Virus record (IMG/VR): IMGVR_UViG_3300044911_002386
Span: 1 to 64,000 of that record
Origin: a virus
Length of the DNA stretch: 64,000 nt
Reading direction: 5' to 3' (one strand)
The translations under genes and the position numbers were made by a program. Below are positions 54,395 through 64,000 of this stretch, piece after piece (within the stretch, counting starts at the first letter, position 1; every line of letters begins with the position of its first letter). Below the pieces are notes generated by a model, which saw nothing but the letters and a program-made list of their open reading frames with translations, was not told where the DNA came from and ran no database searches.

Positions 54395-56299
54395 TTATGT
54401 AAGCGATAAGATTCCGGCTACACGTAAAACGCCAACCTCCGGATATGTGTCACCTGCTGTGCGGCCGATAGTGACAAGCACTGTGTCGCCAGCGGTTACG
54501 CTAAACGCCTCGCTATCACGAACAATGGCGGCGTTCGCACTGACTGCTAATGCTGTATCAATGTTAAGCGGCGTGTCAGTATTCAGCAGAGATATCGCCG
54601 TCGTCGGTGTAGTGCCGGGTTTCTGCAGTTTGCGGTACGACATATAAAGCGCTGGCATGGTCTGCGTGCCCTTGCCAAACAATTGCAGCCGCACACGCAT
54701 TAAAACACCCGTGCCGATGTTTGCGTCCGGTACATTAAATCGCAAACGCATAGACGACGCCTGCCCGGCAGGAAAGCCCAGATACGGAATGTCATTGTAA
54801 AGGCGTTCAACTGTGTCGTTCAGGCGGATAATTTGAGGCGTCAGTTCTTTATCTGCTAACACGTCAAAATTCAATTTCACGAGGCCGCGATGTAGTTGCA
54901 CAGTGGCCCCGGTAGGCAGGGCGAGTGCTGTTTTTTCAGCCGTCGTCAAGTTGCGCTGATTCGTACTTGATACTGACACTTGCGGTAAATTGTGGGCGAC
55001 AATTCCGCCGGCCACCCAGCCGCGCTGCAACCGCCGACCAGATGGCGTCTTACCGGTAACAATTAAACCTTGTTCTGCCGGCGTGTTAGCGTCATCGCGT
55101 GCGTCGTTATCCACGGCGTACTGAAGGCTAAGATTTAATTCAAGGTCGCCTGTGCCTGGGTTTGCCGCGGTTGCCGGCAGGCCTGTGGCGCACGTAATGA
55201 TTTGCACGGGGCTGTCTGTGCCAGGAATTAAACTAGTCACCAAACTGCGATCGTTGCCGACGAGCATTCGGATGAATACCACGACGACGCGCATGCTCTC
55301 GGCACGCGGACATTCTGTTTCCGTAATAACAGTGTCTTCTTCCGGTGTGCCGCTGTAGTTTTCAGGCCAGGGCACATCGCCGCGACAATCGCTCATCCAC
55401 CAGATGCCGTGCAGATCGCAAATAACGAGGCCGTCGGGACCTGTTGGGACCTCAGTAGCCCCGGCGTAACTCGTTGCCTTATCGACTAGCACGGCCACTG
55501 ATTGCACTGGCAGTGGCGGCCACACGCTGTTCAGTGCCGGGTGCCGAGACAAGTTGTAACCAAAAACAGCGCCAGCCGGAGCCTTACCGTTAAACACGGC
55601 ATCATCAAATGGAAGCCAGCCGGGCAGATCGCTGTCGGCGTTGCCGATTTCGTGGCGCTCATTGCTGTCACCATCTACGACGATTTGATTGTTACCGGCC
55701 GGGCGGGCAACTAATTCAAAACGATAATGTGTGTGCTCGTCAATTAACTCGCGCGTGTTCGGCATAACAACGACGCGCGGTGCTGGGTTACACGTGTCTG
55801 TAGCACCCTGCACATAGCACACGCTGACAGTAACGCCCGGTTTTTGTTTTACGAGTTTTCCGGGCTCAGCGGCCGACAAGTAATAGCGGCCCGGCGTGAG
55901 TGTGCCGACCACGCTATTAGCAATTTCCGGCAAAGTGACGATACCGTTTAACACAATATCGCCGAGCGTCTCGTTGATTTTGCGGCAACACAGCCCGACG
56001 CAATCAGACGATGGCAGTACGGTATACGTCTGGCTTTCTTCGTTTAACTCTACGGCGGCCAGTGCCTTCTCATATTGTTTTGTTGTGTAGTTCCAGTACA
56101 CGGCGTGGCCGGGCTGCACGTCGGGCGCAACGGTGGCACCCGTGTCGAAAATGGCTTTGCCAAGTTCGGCGGCGTCTAAGCGCTGCCGCAAATATTCAGT
56201 TCTGTCTTGCAGGGCCTGGTCAGGTCGACTTACGACGCCTGCCTGTACCGGCTCGCCCGGCGTCACATGTTTAATGTTGTACAGCCAATTTTCGGACAT
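54395..56299 (-). CDS. Virion structural (tail/baseplate) protein
   Basis: GEPV.A.V.SRP.Q.L.DRT.YL N-terminus typical of tail-fibre attachment; LTPGRYYLS...GKL. Confidence 0.7.
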   Translation of the reverse strand: MSENWLYNIKHVTPGEPVQAGVVSRPDQALQDRTEYLRQRLDAAELGKAIFDTGATVAPDVQPGHAVYWNYTTKQYEKALAAVELNEESQTYTVLPSSDCVGLCCRKINETLGDIVLNGIVTLPEIANSVVGTLTPGRYYLSAAEPGKLVKQKPGVTVSVCYVQGATDTCNPAPRVVVMPNTRELIDEHTHYRFELVARPAGNNQIVVDGDSNERHEIGNADSDLPGWLPFDDAVFNGKAPAGAVFGYNLSRHPALNSVWPPLPVQSVAVLVDKATSYAGATEVPTGPDGLVICDLHGIWWMSDCRGDVPWPENYSGTPEEDTVITETECPRAESMRVVVVFIRMLVGNDRSLVTSLIPGTDSPVQIITCATGLPATAANPGTGDLELNLSLQYAVDNDARDDANTPAEQGLIVTGKTPSGRRLQRGWVAGGIVAHNLPQVSVSSTNQRNLTTAEKTALALPTGATVQLHRGLVKLNFDVLADKELTPQIIRLNDTVERLYNDIPYLGFPAGQASSMRLRFNVPDANIGTGVLMRVRLQLFGKGTQTMPALYMSYRKLQKPGTTPTTAISLLNTDTPLNIDTALAVSANAAIVRDSEAFSVTAGDTVLVTIGRTAGDTYPEVGVLRVAGILSLT

Positions 56300-56324
56300 C
56301 CTTGTCCTCCAGTCAGACGGGCGA

Positions 56325-56957
56325 TTATTCGAACGAGATGTCCCACGTGATGCCGATTTGCGACGACGCCTCTTTTGTTACTTGGTTGGCCGACGAAAAA
56401 ACTGTTCTGGCAAAAATTACGTCTTTGGTGCGGTCACTAAACACAGGTGCGGCTACCAGTGCCGCGGCAAACACTTTGCTGTTTACCGTGTCATTAAACG
56501 CACGTCCGTGTGCGCCCACGGCCCCAGACGTCTGCACGAAAAACGTTAGTTTGTTGCCTTGTTGATTAACATCCAGATATGACTCAAAACCGGTCGAGAC
56601 ACCGATGGCCGGTTCAACAATGATTGGTACACGTAAGAAGTCACGATTTGTAGAACTACCTAAAGAGTTATAGTAATTGACACTAAGTGTGCGGGGGAAA
56701 TTTGACGCCTCAGATACCGCAAGTTCAGGATCTGACTGATTCTCATATTCAATGTACATTGCGGAGATACTGTAGTCAGGCCTATCTGGCTGAGCACGAC
56801 GACCAAGCTGCTTGGCGGCAACAAACCCCCATGAATACTGAATCTGGTTTAGCTGCGAGCAGACAGGCAGTTTTAAACCAGTCGCCTCATCGACAGCCCA
56901 CAGCGTCACATGGCCACGCACGCCGAACTGCTCTGGGCTAATGTTGTCAGCAAGCAT
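56325..56957 (-). CDS. Baseplate/tail-collar-like structural protein
   Basis: GHVTLW...FAR...KE....GITWDISF. Confidence 0.65.
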   Translation of the reverse strand: MLADNISPEQFGVRGHVTLWAVDEATGLKLPVCSQLNQIQYSWGFVAAKQLGRRAQPDRPDYSISAMYIEYENQSDPELAVSEASNFPRTLSVNYYNSLGSSTNRDFLRVPIIVEPAIGVSTGFESYLDVNQQGNKLTFFVQTSGAVGAHGRAFNDTVNSKVFAAALVAAPVFSDRTKDVIFARTVFSSANQVTKEASSQIGITWDISFE

Positions 56958-56966
56958 AAGTAATCC

Positions 56967-58679
56967 TTATTGGCACGTGCCGGATATCAGACGGACGGTT
57001 ACGCCGCGATCGTTAATTTGATTGCTGATTGTATCGCTTACGGGTGCCATACCTGTAAAAAAACTAGTACCCTCGGTCAACTGCCGATCGCCGCGAATCC
57101 TGTCTTCTGGTGCGTTTAATTCAAATACCAACAACATTGCGGTGCCAGGCGGCAGCAACTGACGCAGGTGTCTAATATTGTACAAACCCAGCCTATTTTG
57201 CCCTAGGGCGCTTATGTTGATTCTGACAACAAAAACATTGTTACGGAGCACGTTTTCAACAACAAATTTCAGGGGGTTTATAGTTTTCGGCAGATGTGTC
57301 GCATCGGGCTCGCTTAGCGGGTTTTTACGCCGGTCGAGCCACTGGGCAAGCGTGTGTCTTTTATATCCTGGCGGACACGGTGCCGCTGCCTGTGCCGCGA
57401 GAACACCCCGGTAGTGAATCTCGTCAAAAAACCGCTCTACGTCCGCCGGCAAACCGACGACTGGAAAACTAACATACGTGTAATCTGTTACATGATTTGT
57501 GTTGACATGTACCGGCACTTCTTTGTTCTCAAATACTAGGTCGCCGTAAAAGCAGGCAGACAAAAAGCCACGATCAAGACTCAAAGCCGCTAACGCCTTT
57601 CGGCCGTAGCAGCTCTGCAGATTTGGGTCTAGTAAAAGATCTTCGTCTGTTTCAGTGAGCAAGTCGTGGTAAGCATTGGTAGCCAGTAAAAGATTTGGTG
57701 CCGGGCAGCAGATCAGTTCATCGTCTGGCGGCGGACCATACGTGCTACCTACAAAAAACTCGTCAATCTCAAAGCCGCGCACCAACTGTGAGCCGGCCTT
57801 AAGTTTTTGGCCGACGATTACAACAGGTACTGCTGTTGCGGCAAAGCGGTATAGGTTTTTATCCGTGCTTATGAATACGCCGTGCGTATCACTGTCAACG
57901 ACTTCTACTGTCTCGTGGTTATCGAGCGTTACCGGAATTCCGCAGATAGCAGATAGTGCCAGATCCAAATCTGCGGCAGACGCACCGCCATTAATTAAGC
58001 CGTTGAAAACGGCATTCATTAAATCTTTGTAACCTTGACTGCTCTTTAGCCGGATACCCAGTGCGTACGCAAACTGCTCAAAAACGTAGTTATAATCAAA
58101 CTGCCCGCAGAAACCCCACAGTACAATTTCTTCATCCGGCTGTCCGCTGGTGACTGCAGCACGTTTCAAAATAGCCGGGTTATCGAACGGGTTTTCAGAG
58201 AAGACGATAGCACTAGATTTTGTATCAATGATGTAGTCGATGTGTTCGAGCAGGGCGACAGTCGGAAAAATAATCTTGTTGAAGATTTGCCCGACACCGA
58301 CTAAGTTTTTTGGCGCCGGGGCGTAAAACAACTCAGTCTGTGCCGATCCGTCAAAGACCGCAGTTGTCTGATTAAACTTATCTGCAGTACCATCAAAAAA
58401 ATTATTAACTAAGCGCTGGCCGTTGATGTCAGATTTTTTAATGACAATCGGCACCCAGTATTCGCTGTGGAACACTGGCACGTCAAAACGGCTAACCGCG
58501 GCGACAGCCTCTAGAATATTTCGATACGTCTGTGCTACGAGCGTCGCAGTCGCGTCCGCATAAGATGTCAGTTGATCTTTGGCGGAATAAATGCGGGACC
58601 AAAAACTACCCAGCATCGCCAGCATGTTTCTGCTGCGATCAATATCTGATCCCGGGTAAATAAAAGTGCGCTTGTACAT
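56967..58679 (-). CDS. Probable baseplate wedge protein
   Basis: 570 aa directly after baseplate J; LGSFW, LRQLLPP motifs. Confidence 0.6.
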   Translation of the reverse strand: MYKRTFIYPGSDIDRSRNMLAMLGSFWSRIYSAKDQLTSYADATATLVAQTYRNILEAVAAVSRFDVPVFHSEYWVPIVIKKSDINGQRLVNNFFDGTADKFNQTTAVFDGSAQTELFYAPAPKNLVGVGQIFNKIIFPTVALLEHIDYIIDTKSSAIVFSENPFDNPAILKRAAVTSGQPDEEIVLWGFCGQFDYNYVFEQFAYALGIRLKSSQGYKDLMNAVFNGLINGGASAADLDLALSAICGIPVTLDNHETVEVVDSDTHGVFISTDKNLYRFAATAVPVVIVGQKLKAGSQLVRGFEIDEFFVGSTYGPPPDDELICCPAPNLLLATNAYHDLLTETDEDLLLDPNLQSCYGRKALAALSLDRGFLSACFYGDLVFENKEVPVHVNTNHVTDYTYVSFPVVGLPADVERFFDEIHYRGVLAAQAAAPCPPGYKRHTLAQWLDRRKNPLSEPDATHLPKTINPLKFVVENVLRNNVFVVRINISALGQNRLGLYNIRHLRQLLPPGTAMLLVFELNAPEDRIRGDRQLTEGTSFFTGMAPVSDTISNQINDRGVTVRLISGTCQ

Positions 58680-60322
58680 TAGTAAGCAAAGCCCGCAACA
58701 ACAGTAGATACGGTGACGTCTTCGGGTCGCGTCATGAATGCGGTTGTGCGGCCTGTTATTAAATGCCCGGGGTCATTGGGGATCTGCAGGATCGCCGAAT
58801 CACGCACGTAGATGTTTTTACCGTCAGGCCGTCTAATCCGGCCAAACATGTCGATGGGGCCTAGACCCTGTTTGCCAGACAATAACTGCTGTGCAACAGA
58901 TGAAATGTGGGATGCGTGCAGTTGCCCGGAAAACCCAATTGTGCTGATTTTATTACTGACCGCCTGCTGAATGGCCGCGATATCTGGATCTAAGTCGTTC
59001 GCATCTTTGCGAATTTGAAACGAGATCTTTGTAAAGCACGGCAGTGCGGCACGCACAAGCACGTCAGTTGTACGTGAACGATTTTCGCGGGCACTGAACA
59101 TGTCTTGCACATCTGAGATCAGGGGCATGCACACGGCTTCTACGTCGTACTTTGCTTTGCTCTGATTAGCCACAAGATTAATAATCGATGTATCGGTGTC
59201 CTCAAACTGAATCATGACGGTCTGATACCGCGTGTATGCGCTTTCATGCATGTATTTGATTGACGGCACAAATGCTAATTCTGAAAAATTGACGCCGCGG
59301 TACTCGTTAACAATTTTGTAGCCTGTCGTTGTTAACGCGTTCGGCTTCGCTACGCGTGAAATCTCGTACAGCGCGGGAAACGTATCGCGATCTAGTATGA
59401 TCTGCCACCGACCACCTGTAACACCGGGACCGATGTACGTCGCCTCCAGCAGTTGTGTTTGTGTCTGCGGGTACGGGTAACTCTGCAAATAAATGTCAAC
59501 TTTGCCGCCGCCCGATATTGGAAACAAACCGTGCTGATCACGTTGCTGCTCAACGTCGCCAGCACCGATAATTGAAATGTGCTGGATATCTGCGAACGCT
59601 GCATTGGCCCTGATTGCGGCGACGTAACTCTGCCGCCCGCCGATTGTTTTCGCTGCTAGGGCCGGAGCAAGTTTTGAAATGTAATTTTCGTTTGTCGCTA
59701 CATCGCGCCCGTTTACGAAATCTACAGTGGCGTAAATTTTGCTAACGTTAACAGGTTGAAAATCTGGTACTAACTCTGTGCCCTTATTTATGTTGCCGCT
59801 GGTGCCAACTTCTTCAGCCTGCACCGTTATTGTCGCTACATATGTGCCGTCACCGACGGGCTGCATTACGCGCTCTGTGGCAAGCGACGCTGTGCTGCCC
59901 GGGGCTAAAATAATGAATGTGGCTGTTGGCCGGAATATGGCGACGCCGGCAGTCATGCGCGTCTCAACGGCAACAGTGGTCTGGGCAGCGAGAGGCAGGA
60001 CGAGCGTTATGGTTCCAGACGCTGCACGCCCCTGATCCCGCGAGAGCCCGTAGTTAGACAGCACCTGGTCGACAAGTTCCGGCTCGGCTAAGGCCGGGTT
60101 GGCCGATATGCTGAGTAAACTATTGCTTTGTCGGACGCGGTCTACGTTTTCCTGGATGGCCGCGTTAAGTACGCCATTAAAATACAGCACTAAGTCGTGA
60201 AATACACCCCGAGTTAATTCTACCTCCGGGTGGCGCTCCTGCATTAACTGGCTCAAAGTGTTAAACATGGCCTCGATTTTTTCGGGAGCCAGTTCTTTTA
60301 GACTTGTAATTTCAATAGCCAT
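58679..60322 (-). CDS. Baseplate J-like protein
   Basis: GVFHDLVL...RAASGTITL...VQAEEVGTSGNI...NGRD..TNE...GGKVDIY. Confidence 0.85.
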   Translation of the reverse strand: MAIEITSLKELAPEKIEAMFNTLSQLMQERHPEVELTRGVFHDLVLYFNGVLNAAIQENVDRVRQSNSLLSISANPALAEPELVDQVLSNYGLSRDQGRAASGTITLVLPLAAQTTVAVETRMTAGVAIFRPTATFIILAPGSTASLATERVMQPVGDGTYVATITVQAEEVGTSGNINKGTELVPDFQPVNVSKIYATVDFVNGRDVATNENYISKLAPALAAKTIGGRQSYVAAIRANAAFADIQHISIIGAGDVEQQRDQHGLFPISGGGKVDIYLQSYPYPQTQTQLLEATYIGPGVTGGRWQIILDRDTFPALYEISRVAKPNALTTTGYKIVNEYRGVNFSELAFVPSIKYMHESAYTRYQTVMIQFEDTDTSIINLVANQSKAKYDVEAVCMPLISDVQDMFSARENRSRTTDVLVRAALPCFTKISFQIRKDANDLDPDIAAIQQAVSNKISTIGFSGQLHASHISSVAQQLLSGKQGLGPIDMFGRIRRPDGKNIYVRDSAILQIPNDPGHLITGRTTAFMTRPEDVTVSTVVAGFAY

Positions 60323-60330
60323 GGCGGCAC

Positions 60331-60795
60331 CTACGGCAGGGTATTGATCGGCATAATTGCGGCCCGCGACGTGCCTGCAACGCTCTCAATCATAACATGT
60401 AACGATAAATATCCCGGATAAAATGTAACAGACGTGAGCGTCGCCGATTTAAACTTTTCGTCGTCGGGCATGTCGGCGTATTCTTCGTTTTTCAAATTGC
60501 GTGTAATGTCGATATCAGCCGATAAAAACGCCCATATTATTTCTTGCTCTGTACGAGCCGTCTGCGTTCGGACGGCTGCCATGAACTCGCAGCCGCGCTC
60601 GGGCAGGCCGGGCATTGACCCCACCTCTGTAAGAAACTCGAGTGCCCAGCGCTGCGCCAGTTTTTGTACGCCAACGCAAATCTGACCGGAACTATCTTCG
60701 CTGTACAACGCCAGCCCCAGTTGCCGCTCGCCTCGCGGGGCGACGTTTCTAAAACCTAGAAAGTCGTATTTTCGTCCTTCATATGCTGTTGCCAT
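60331..60795 (-). CDS. gp25/GPW-like baseplate protein
   Basis: GVQKLAQRW...LTEVGS....RG; directly upstream of baseplate J. Confidence 0.65.
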   Translation of the reverse strand: MATAYEGRKYDFLGFRNVAPRGERQLGLALYSEDSSGQICVGVQKLAQRWALEFLTEVGSMPGLPERGCEFMAAVRTQTARTEQEIIWAFLSADIDITRNLKNEEYADMPDDEKFKSATLTSVTFYPGYLSLHVMIESVAGTSRAAIMPINTLP

Positions 60796-60803
60796 AGCTC
60801 ACC

Positions 60804-61265
60804 TTAACTGCTTACACGACCGGCATTGATAATGCTGTCAATTGAGTTTAAAACAAACGAAAACACGCCGCGGTCTTTTTTGCCGTACCCGTCCAAGCGG
60901 CCATGTGCCATAGCAGCACATCGGGAGTAAGTTGCGTGGCGTAATCTAAACGCACGCTCCTCGACGGCCATGAAATCGATTTGCGATTTGACACCGATGC
61001 AGTCAGCTACGGTACCGCCAGCATCACCCGGACCCGCGAGCACCTGCGAGCAATACATCTCGTTTAATTTGTTGCGGTCCCAAGCAGGGTTATGCAGCGA
61101 TGGCACGTCTAGAAGATCTTTCACTTCTTTTGGCGTGCACCACTTTAAATACGTAGAGTAGCCATCGCGAAAAGCGTCCGCTGACGCCTGCGCCGCTTCT
61201 TCTAAATGCCGAATGCGCTTTTCAAATGTGCTGTCTATGCTCGCACGGGAAACGCCGTTTGCCAT
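60804..61265 (-). CDS. Hypothetical protein
   Basis: 153-aa ORF, TAATG overlap. Confidence 0.75.
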   Translation of the reverse strand: MANGVSRASIDSTFEKRIRHLEEAAQASADAFRDGYSTYLKWCTPKEVKDLLDVPSLHNPAWDRNKLNEMYCSQVLAGPGDAGGTVADCIGVKSQIDFMAVEERAFRLRHATYSRCAAMAHGRLDGYGKKDRGVFSFVLNSIDSIINAGRVSS

Positions 61266-62089
61266 TAAAAGCCTCCGTAGTCAAAACGTTTATCGAGCAT
61301 TTGCTGTATCTTTGCCGCACGCTGACTGACCGCCCCGGGCGTTATTTTTAATCGCGCTGCGATATCTTGCGTCGACGCACGTCGTCTACCGTTCCTGCCC
61401 AGCGTCATGTCCATGATCATTTTATCGGTCGGTCCGAGATCGTCGTATACGAAGTTCATCCACGCATCTGTTCCACGGTTGCTGCCTGGGATGTGACTTG
61501 CAACATCGCCACCGGCTGACTCTTCTGTGACACGAGAAACAGAACCTTCTGCAAGCGGCTGATTAAACGCACGAATCTTACGAATTCGCCGTGTAGACAA
61601 ATTGGTGTGATCGGCTAGTTCGTCGTCTGTCGGATCGCGGCCAAGTGCATCAGTAAGCTCACTTTCAGCTAGCGTCAATTTTTGAAAATCTAGCCCTACT
61701 TGTTCTGGCAGGCTAATGATGTGTTGCTCTTTTGCTGACAGCCGCCGCAGGCTTTGCAACTGAGACAACAAATGCGTGCGCACATTGCCTCGTTTGGGGT
61801 CATATGTGTCAAGCGCTTTAAGAGCCATGAGTTTGGCACGAGACTTAAGATTTGGAGTAGCGTTGGCGCCACCGTATGACGAAACAGCGGTGTCAATAAC
61901 CGGCTGTAATGCGGCTAGCACCTTGGTGTTGTTTTCTGGCGTCTTTGTCGTTTGCCAGGTCGTGTACAGGTCATCAAATTCCGGCGCGACGCCGGTAATA
62001 GATCTTGGTGCCGAATATGGCGGCGTGACGTCGCCCAGAATGGACGGCATACCTTTTGGGCTATTCGTTTGCGGCATGTTTGGTTTCAT
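61265..62089 (-). CDS. Sigma-70 family RNA polymerase sigma factor-like protein
   Basis: Region 2 ALDTYDPKRGNVRTH, region 3 LGRDPTDDELAD, region 4 STQDIAARLKITPGAVSQ. Confidence 0.85.
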   Translation of the reverse strand: MKPNMPQTNSPKGMPSILGDVTPPYSAPRSITGVAPEFDDLYTTWQTTKTPENNTKVLAALQPVIDTAVSSYGGANATPNLKSRAKLMALKALDTYDPKRGNVRTHLLSQLQSLRRLSAKEQHIISLPEQVGLDFQKLTLAESELTDALGRDPTDDELADHTNLSTRRIRKIRAFNQPLAEGSVSRVTEESAGGDVASHIPGSNRGTDAWMNFVYDDLGPTDKMIMDMTLGRNGRRRASTQDIAARLKITPGAVSQRAAKIQQMLDKRFDYGGF

Positions 62090-63753
62090 GTGTATTTAAT
62101 TTTTGAGGAGAGCGGGCCGCCGGCCCAGCGTTCATTGTATAACGGCGGCGTGTCGGACCCAGCGATTAAACGATCGTCGTTTTCAGCAGGTGAACGAATA
62201 TGTGATACGGAAAACGCCGTACCTGCGTTTGCGTTTTCAGCGTTAATGGAGAACGAAACTTGCACGACAGTTGCTATCATGTCCGTGTTATCTGACAACT
62301 GCGGCATGTTTTCTGTGGGTGCTTTAATTTTAATGACGCTGCCCGGAGCTATATCAAAGCGTAACTTGCCGGAAAACTCGCCGTAACGCTGCTGCAGTAA
62401 TTCTGTTTTAAACCACTGTTCGGCAAACCTGTCTAACACCGGACTGTCTTTTATATTTTGCTGCAGTTCAGATTCTTTTTTTGCTTTTTCTGTAGCGTCG
62501 GCACCTTTGCTGGCGTCGTTATTAGCGCCTAGCACGCTACCGCTTAACCCGGCCGTCCGAGATGTATTCGATATTTTGCTCATGATGTTGCCGAACCAAC
62601 TCGGTGGTTCTTTTACAAGCACAGTGCCCGGCCGCGTTTTGCGGGCTTCATGTGACGGAAAAAGACCTGGCGGGTCGCAAAACGACGGCGGGCGATAATC
62701 GTTCTGTACCGGCGTGCCGGCGACTAAACCAGAGCCAAAACTTGCAGGCCAGATAATGTCTATGCCGCCAAGTGTTTGACGGGTGTTGCCCATAAAATTA
62801 GCGTAGCCGTACTCGTCAGCGTAAACGACTTTGTCGCCGTCGCGCCACTTTAACCCGCCGAAGACAGGCACGACTTGTGCAAAGTCAACTCCGGGCGACA
62901 GTGCGAACAAAAATTGCGGTGCGTATTCGCCGGTAAGTTTGCTCCAAAAAGTTGAGTAACTAAACGCTTGCACGCCAACTTTTGTTAAAGCATCGTTGAC
63001 GGAATCTCTAATGAGATCTCCCGTAAGCCCGCCGGGGCCGTCAAGGTTTAAGCCAAGTTTTACTTTGTTCGGTGCGGAGCCAGGCATCTTCTCTAAGGCC
63101 GCTTTGATCTTTTTTTCATGCTCGGTGTCTACGCCTGTGGCGCACTTATTCGTGCCCCAACCAGCAATAACTGTTAGAACAGGCTTCAGCACATCGCCCC
63201 ACAGGTCGTTCGTGATATTTGAATACGTTATGATTTGATTGTCAGGATCAATTGCCGGGGCCATTACAAAGCCAGAGCCCTGTGCCTGGTTCGTCGCCGT
63301 GTAGTAGCCCGCGTTATCGGCTACGTTAAACGGCGCCCCGGGGAACCACTGCCCGTTTAACATCGAGCCTATGTTTAAGTCATCGAGCCAGTGCACTAGG
63401 TGCAGCGTGTAATTTGCATTATTGTTCGAACGCTGAAAACCAAACCCCGCATAGTATCCGTCAAACACCATGAACGTTTTTTCGCTCGGCATTTTTTCCT
63501 TGTAGCCATCGGTCGTGTCTACTTCTAAGTACACGGACACGCGAGCACGTGACTTTATTTTGCCCATAATTTTTGAGTGGGCACTGGCCTGCGCGTTCGT
63601 TGTAGCGTTAATACCGCAAGCCAAAATGAGTGCAGCTGTTGGAATCGTGTTTAACGCAAAGTTGCCGGATATGGCGACAATATCGTCTACACGCCCGATG
63701 TCTTCTATCATGGCGTAAAGTTTAAACTGCGAGAATACGTAATTGTCAGGCAT
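62086..63753 (-). CDS. Probable baseplate hub / tail protein
   Basis: ALNTIPTA...VFDGY...GKLRFDIAPGSVIKI...VVQVSFSI. Confidence 0.6.
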   Translation of the reverse strand: MPDNYVFSQFKLYAMIEDIGRVDDIVAISGNFALNTIPTAALILACGINATTNAQASAHSKIMGKIKSRARVSVYLEVDTTDGYKEKMPSEKTFMVFDGYYAGFGFQRSNNNANYTLHLVHWLDDLNIGSMLNGQWFPGAPFNVADNAGYYTATNQAQGSGFVMAPAIDPDNQIITYSNITNDLWGDVLKPVLTVIAGWGTNKCATGVDTEHEKKIKAALEKMPGSAPNKVKLGLNLDGPGGLTGDLIRDSVNDALTKVGVQAFSYSTFWSKLTGEYAPQFLFALSPGVDFAQVVPVFGGLKWRDGDKVVYADEYGYANFMGNTRQTLGGIDIIWPASFGSGLVAGTPVQNDYRPPSFCDPPGLFPSHEARKTRPGTVLVKEPPSWFGNIMSKISNTSRTAGLSGSVLGANNDASKGADATEKAKKESELQQNIKDSPVLDRFAEQWFKTELLQQRYGEFSGKLRFDIAPGSVIKIKAPTENMPQLSDNTDMIATVVQVSFSINAENANAGTAFSVSHIRSPAENDDRLIAGSDTPPLYNERWAGGPLSSKIKYT

Positions 63754-64000
63754 GTTTATTCTTCCGCAATTCTTCCGTACGATAGATCAGGGCCATGGTC
63801 AGGCCGGCGAGGCGATACACCGGCGAATTATGGTCGCGCCATAAATTTCTAAACGTGGCGTAGGGTTCTTCATCCCCCAGCCCAAATAAGCCCAACATAA
63901 TTGGCTCGCCGAGCAGTTCGATCGTCGGAATGCCGGTTGTAATAATTGGCGATGGGACAGCACGTACAGTGACAAACCACTGGGCGATAACTTCCGCGAT
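63746..64000 (-). CDS. Structural-module protein, 5' part outside window
   Basis: Hand translation open from 64000 to TGA at 63746 (...FRNLWRDH....RLAGL..ALIYR...). Confidence 0.65.
   Translation of the reverse strand: MAEVIAQWFVTVRAVPSPIITTGIPTIELLGEPIMLGLFGLGDEEPYATFRNLWRDHNSPVYRLAGLTMALIYRTEELRKNKHA

Overview
This 64-kb window looks like part of a large tailed (myovirus-like) phage genome, read with the standard genetic code, with almost all genes on the minus strand. The host is probably a Planctomycete, which is inferred from two host-like protein families. About 1-43 kb is an accessory, early and replication region. It holds many small hypotheticals, a DEDDh exonuclease, two C5 DNA methyltransferases, two ParB-like proteins, a MoxR-type AAA+/vWA pair, a dNTP diphosphohydrolase, a DenV-like glycosylase, a primase-like protein, a plus-strand terminase large subunit, two canonical tRNAs and two aberrant tRNA-like elements. 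About 43-64 kb is a tail and baseplate module with a Cys-rich collagen fibre, five paralogous fibre-base genes, baseplate J and a sigma-70 family gene. The standout locus is 31579-33457. It is a non-coding array of 11 units, each with 7-17 strictly phased pentamers (minus strand GGY-NN) and closed by a conserved U-rich delimiter (GGTTTTTTCTTTCAAA). The array lies directly upstream of an HNH endonuclease translationally coupled to a Cas7/RAMP-like protein. This is a candidate RNA-guided, non-CRISPR targeting system in which the variable dinucleotides carry the information. All family calls come from motif recognition by eye; no searches were run.
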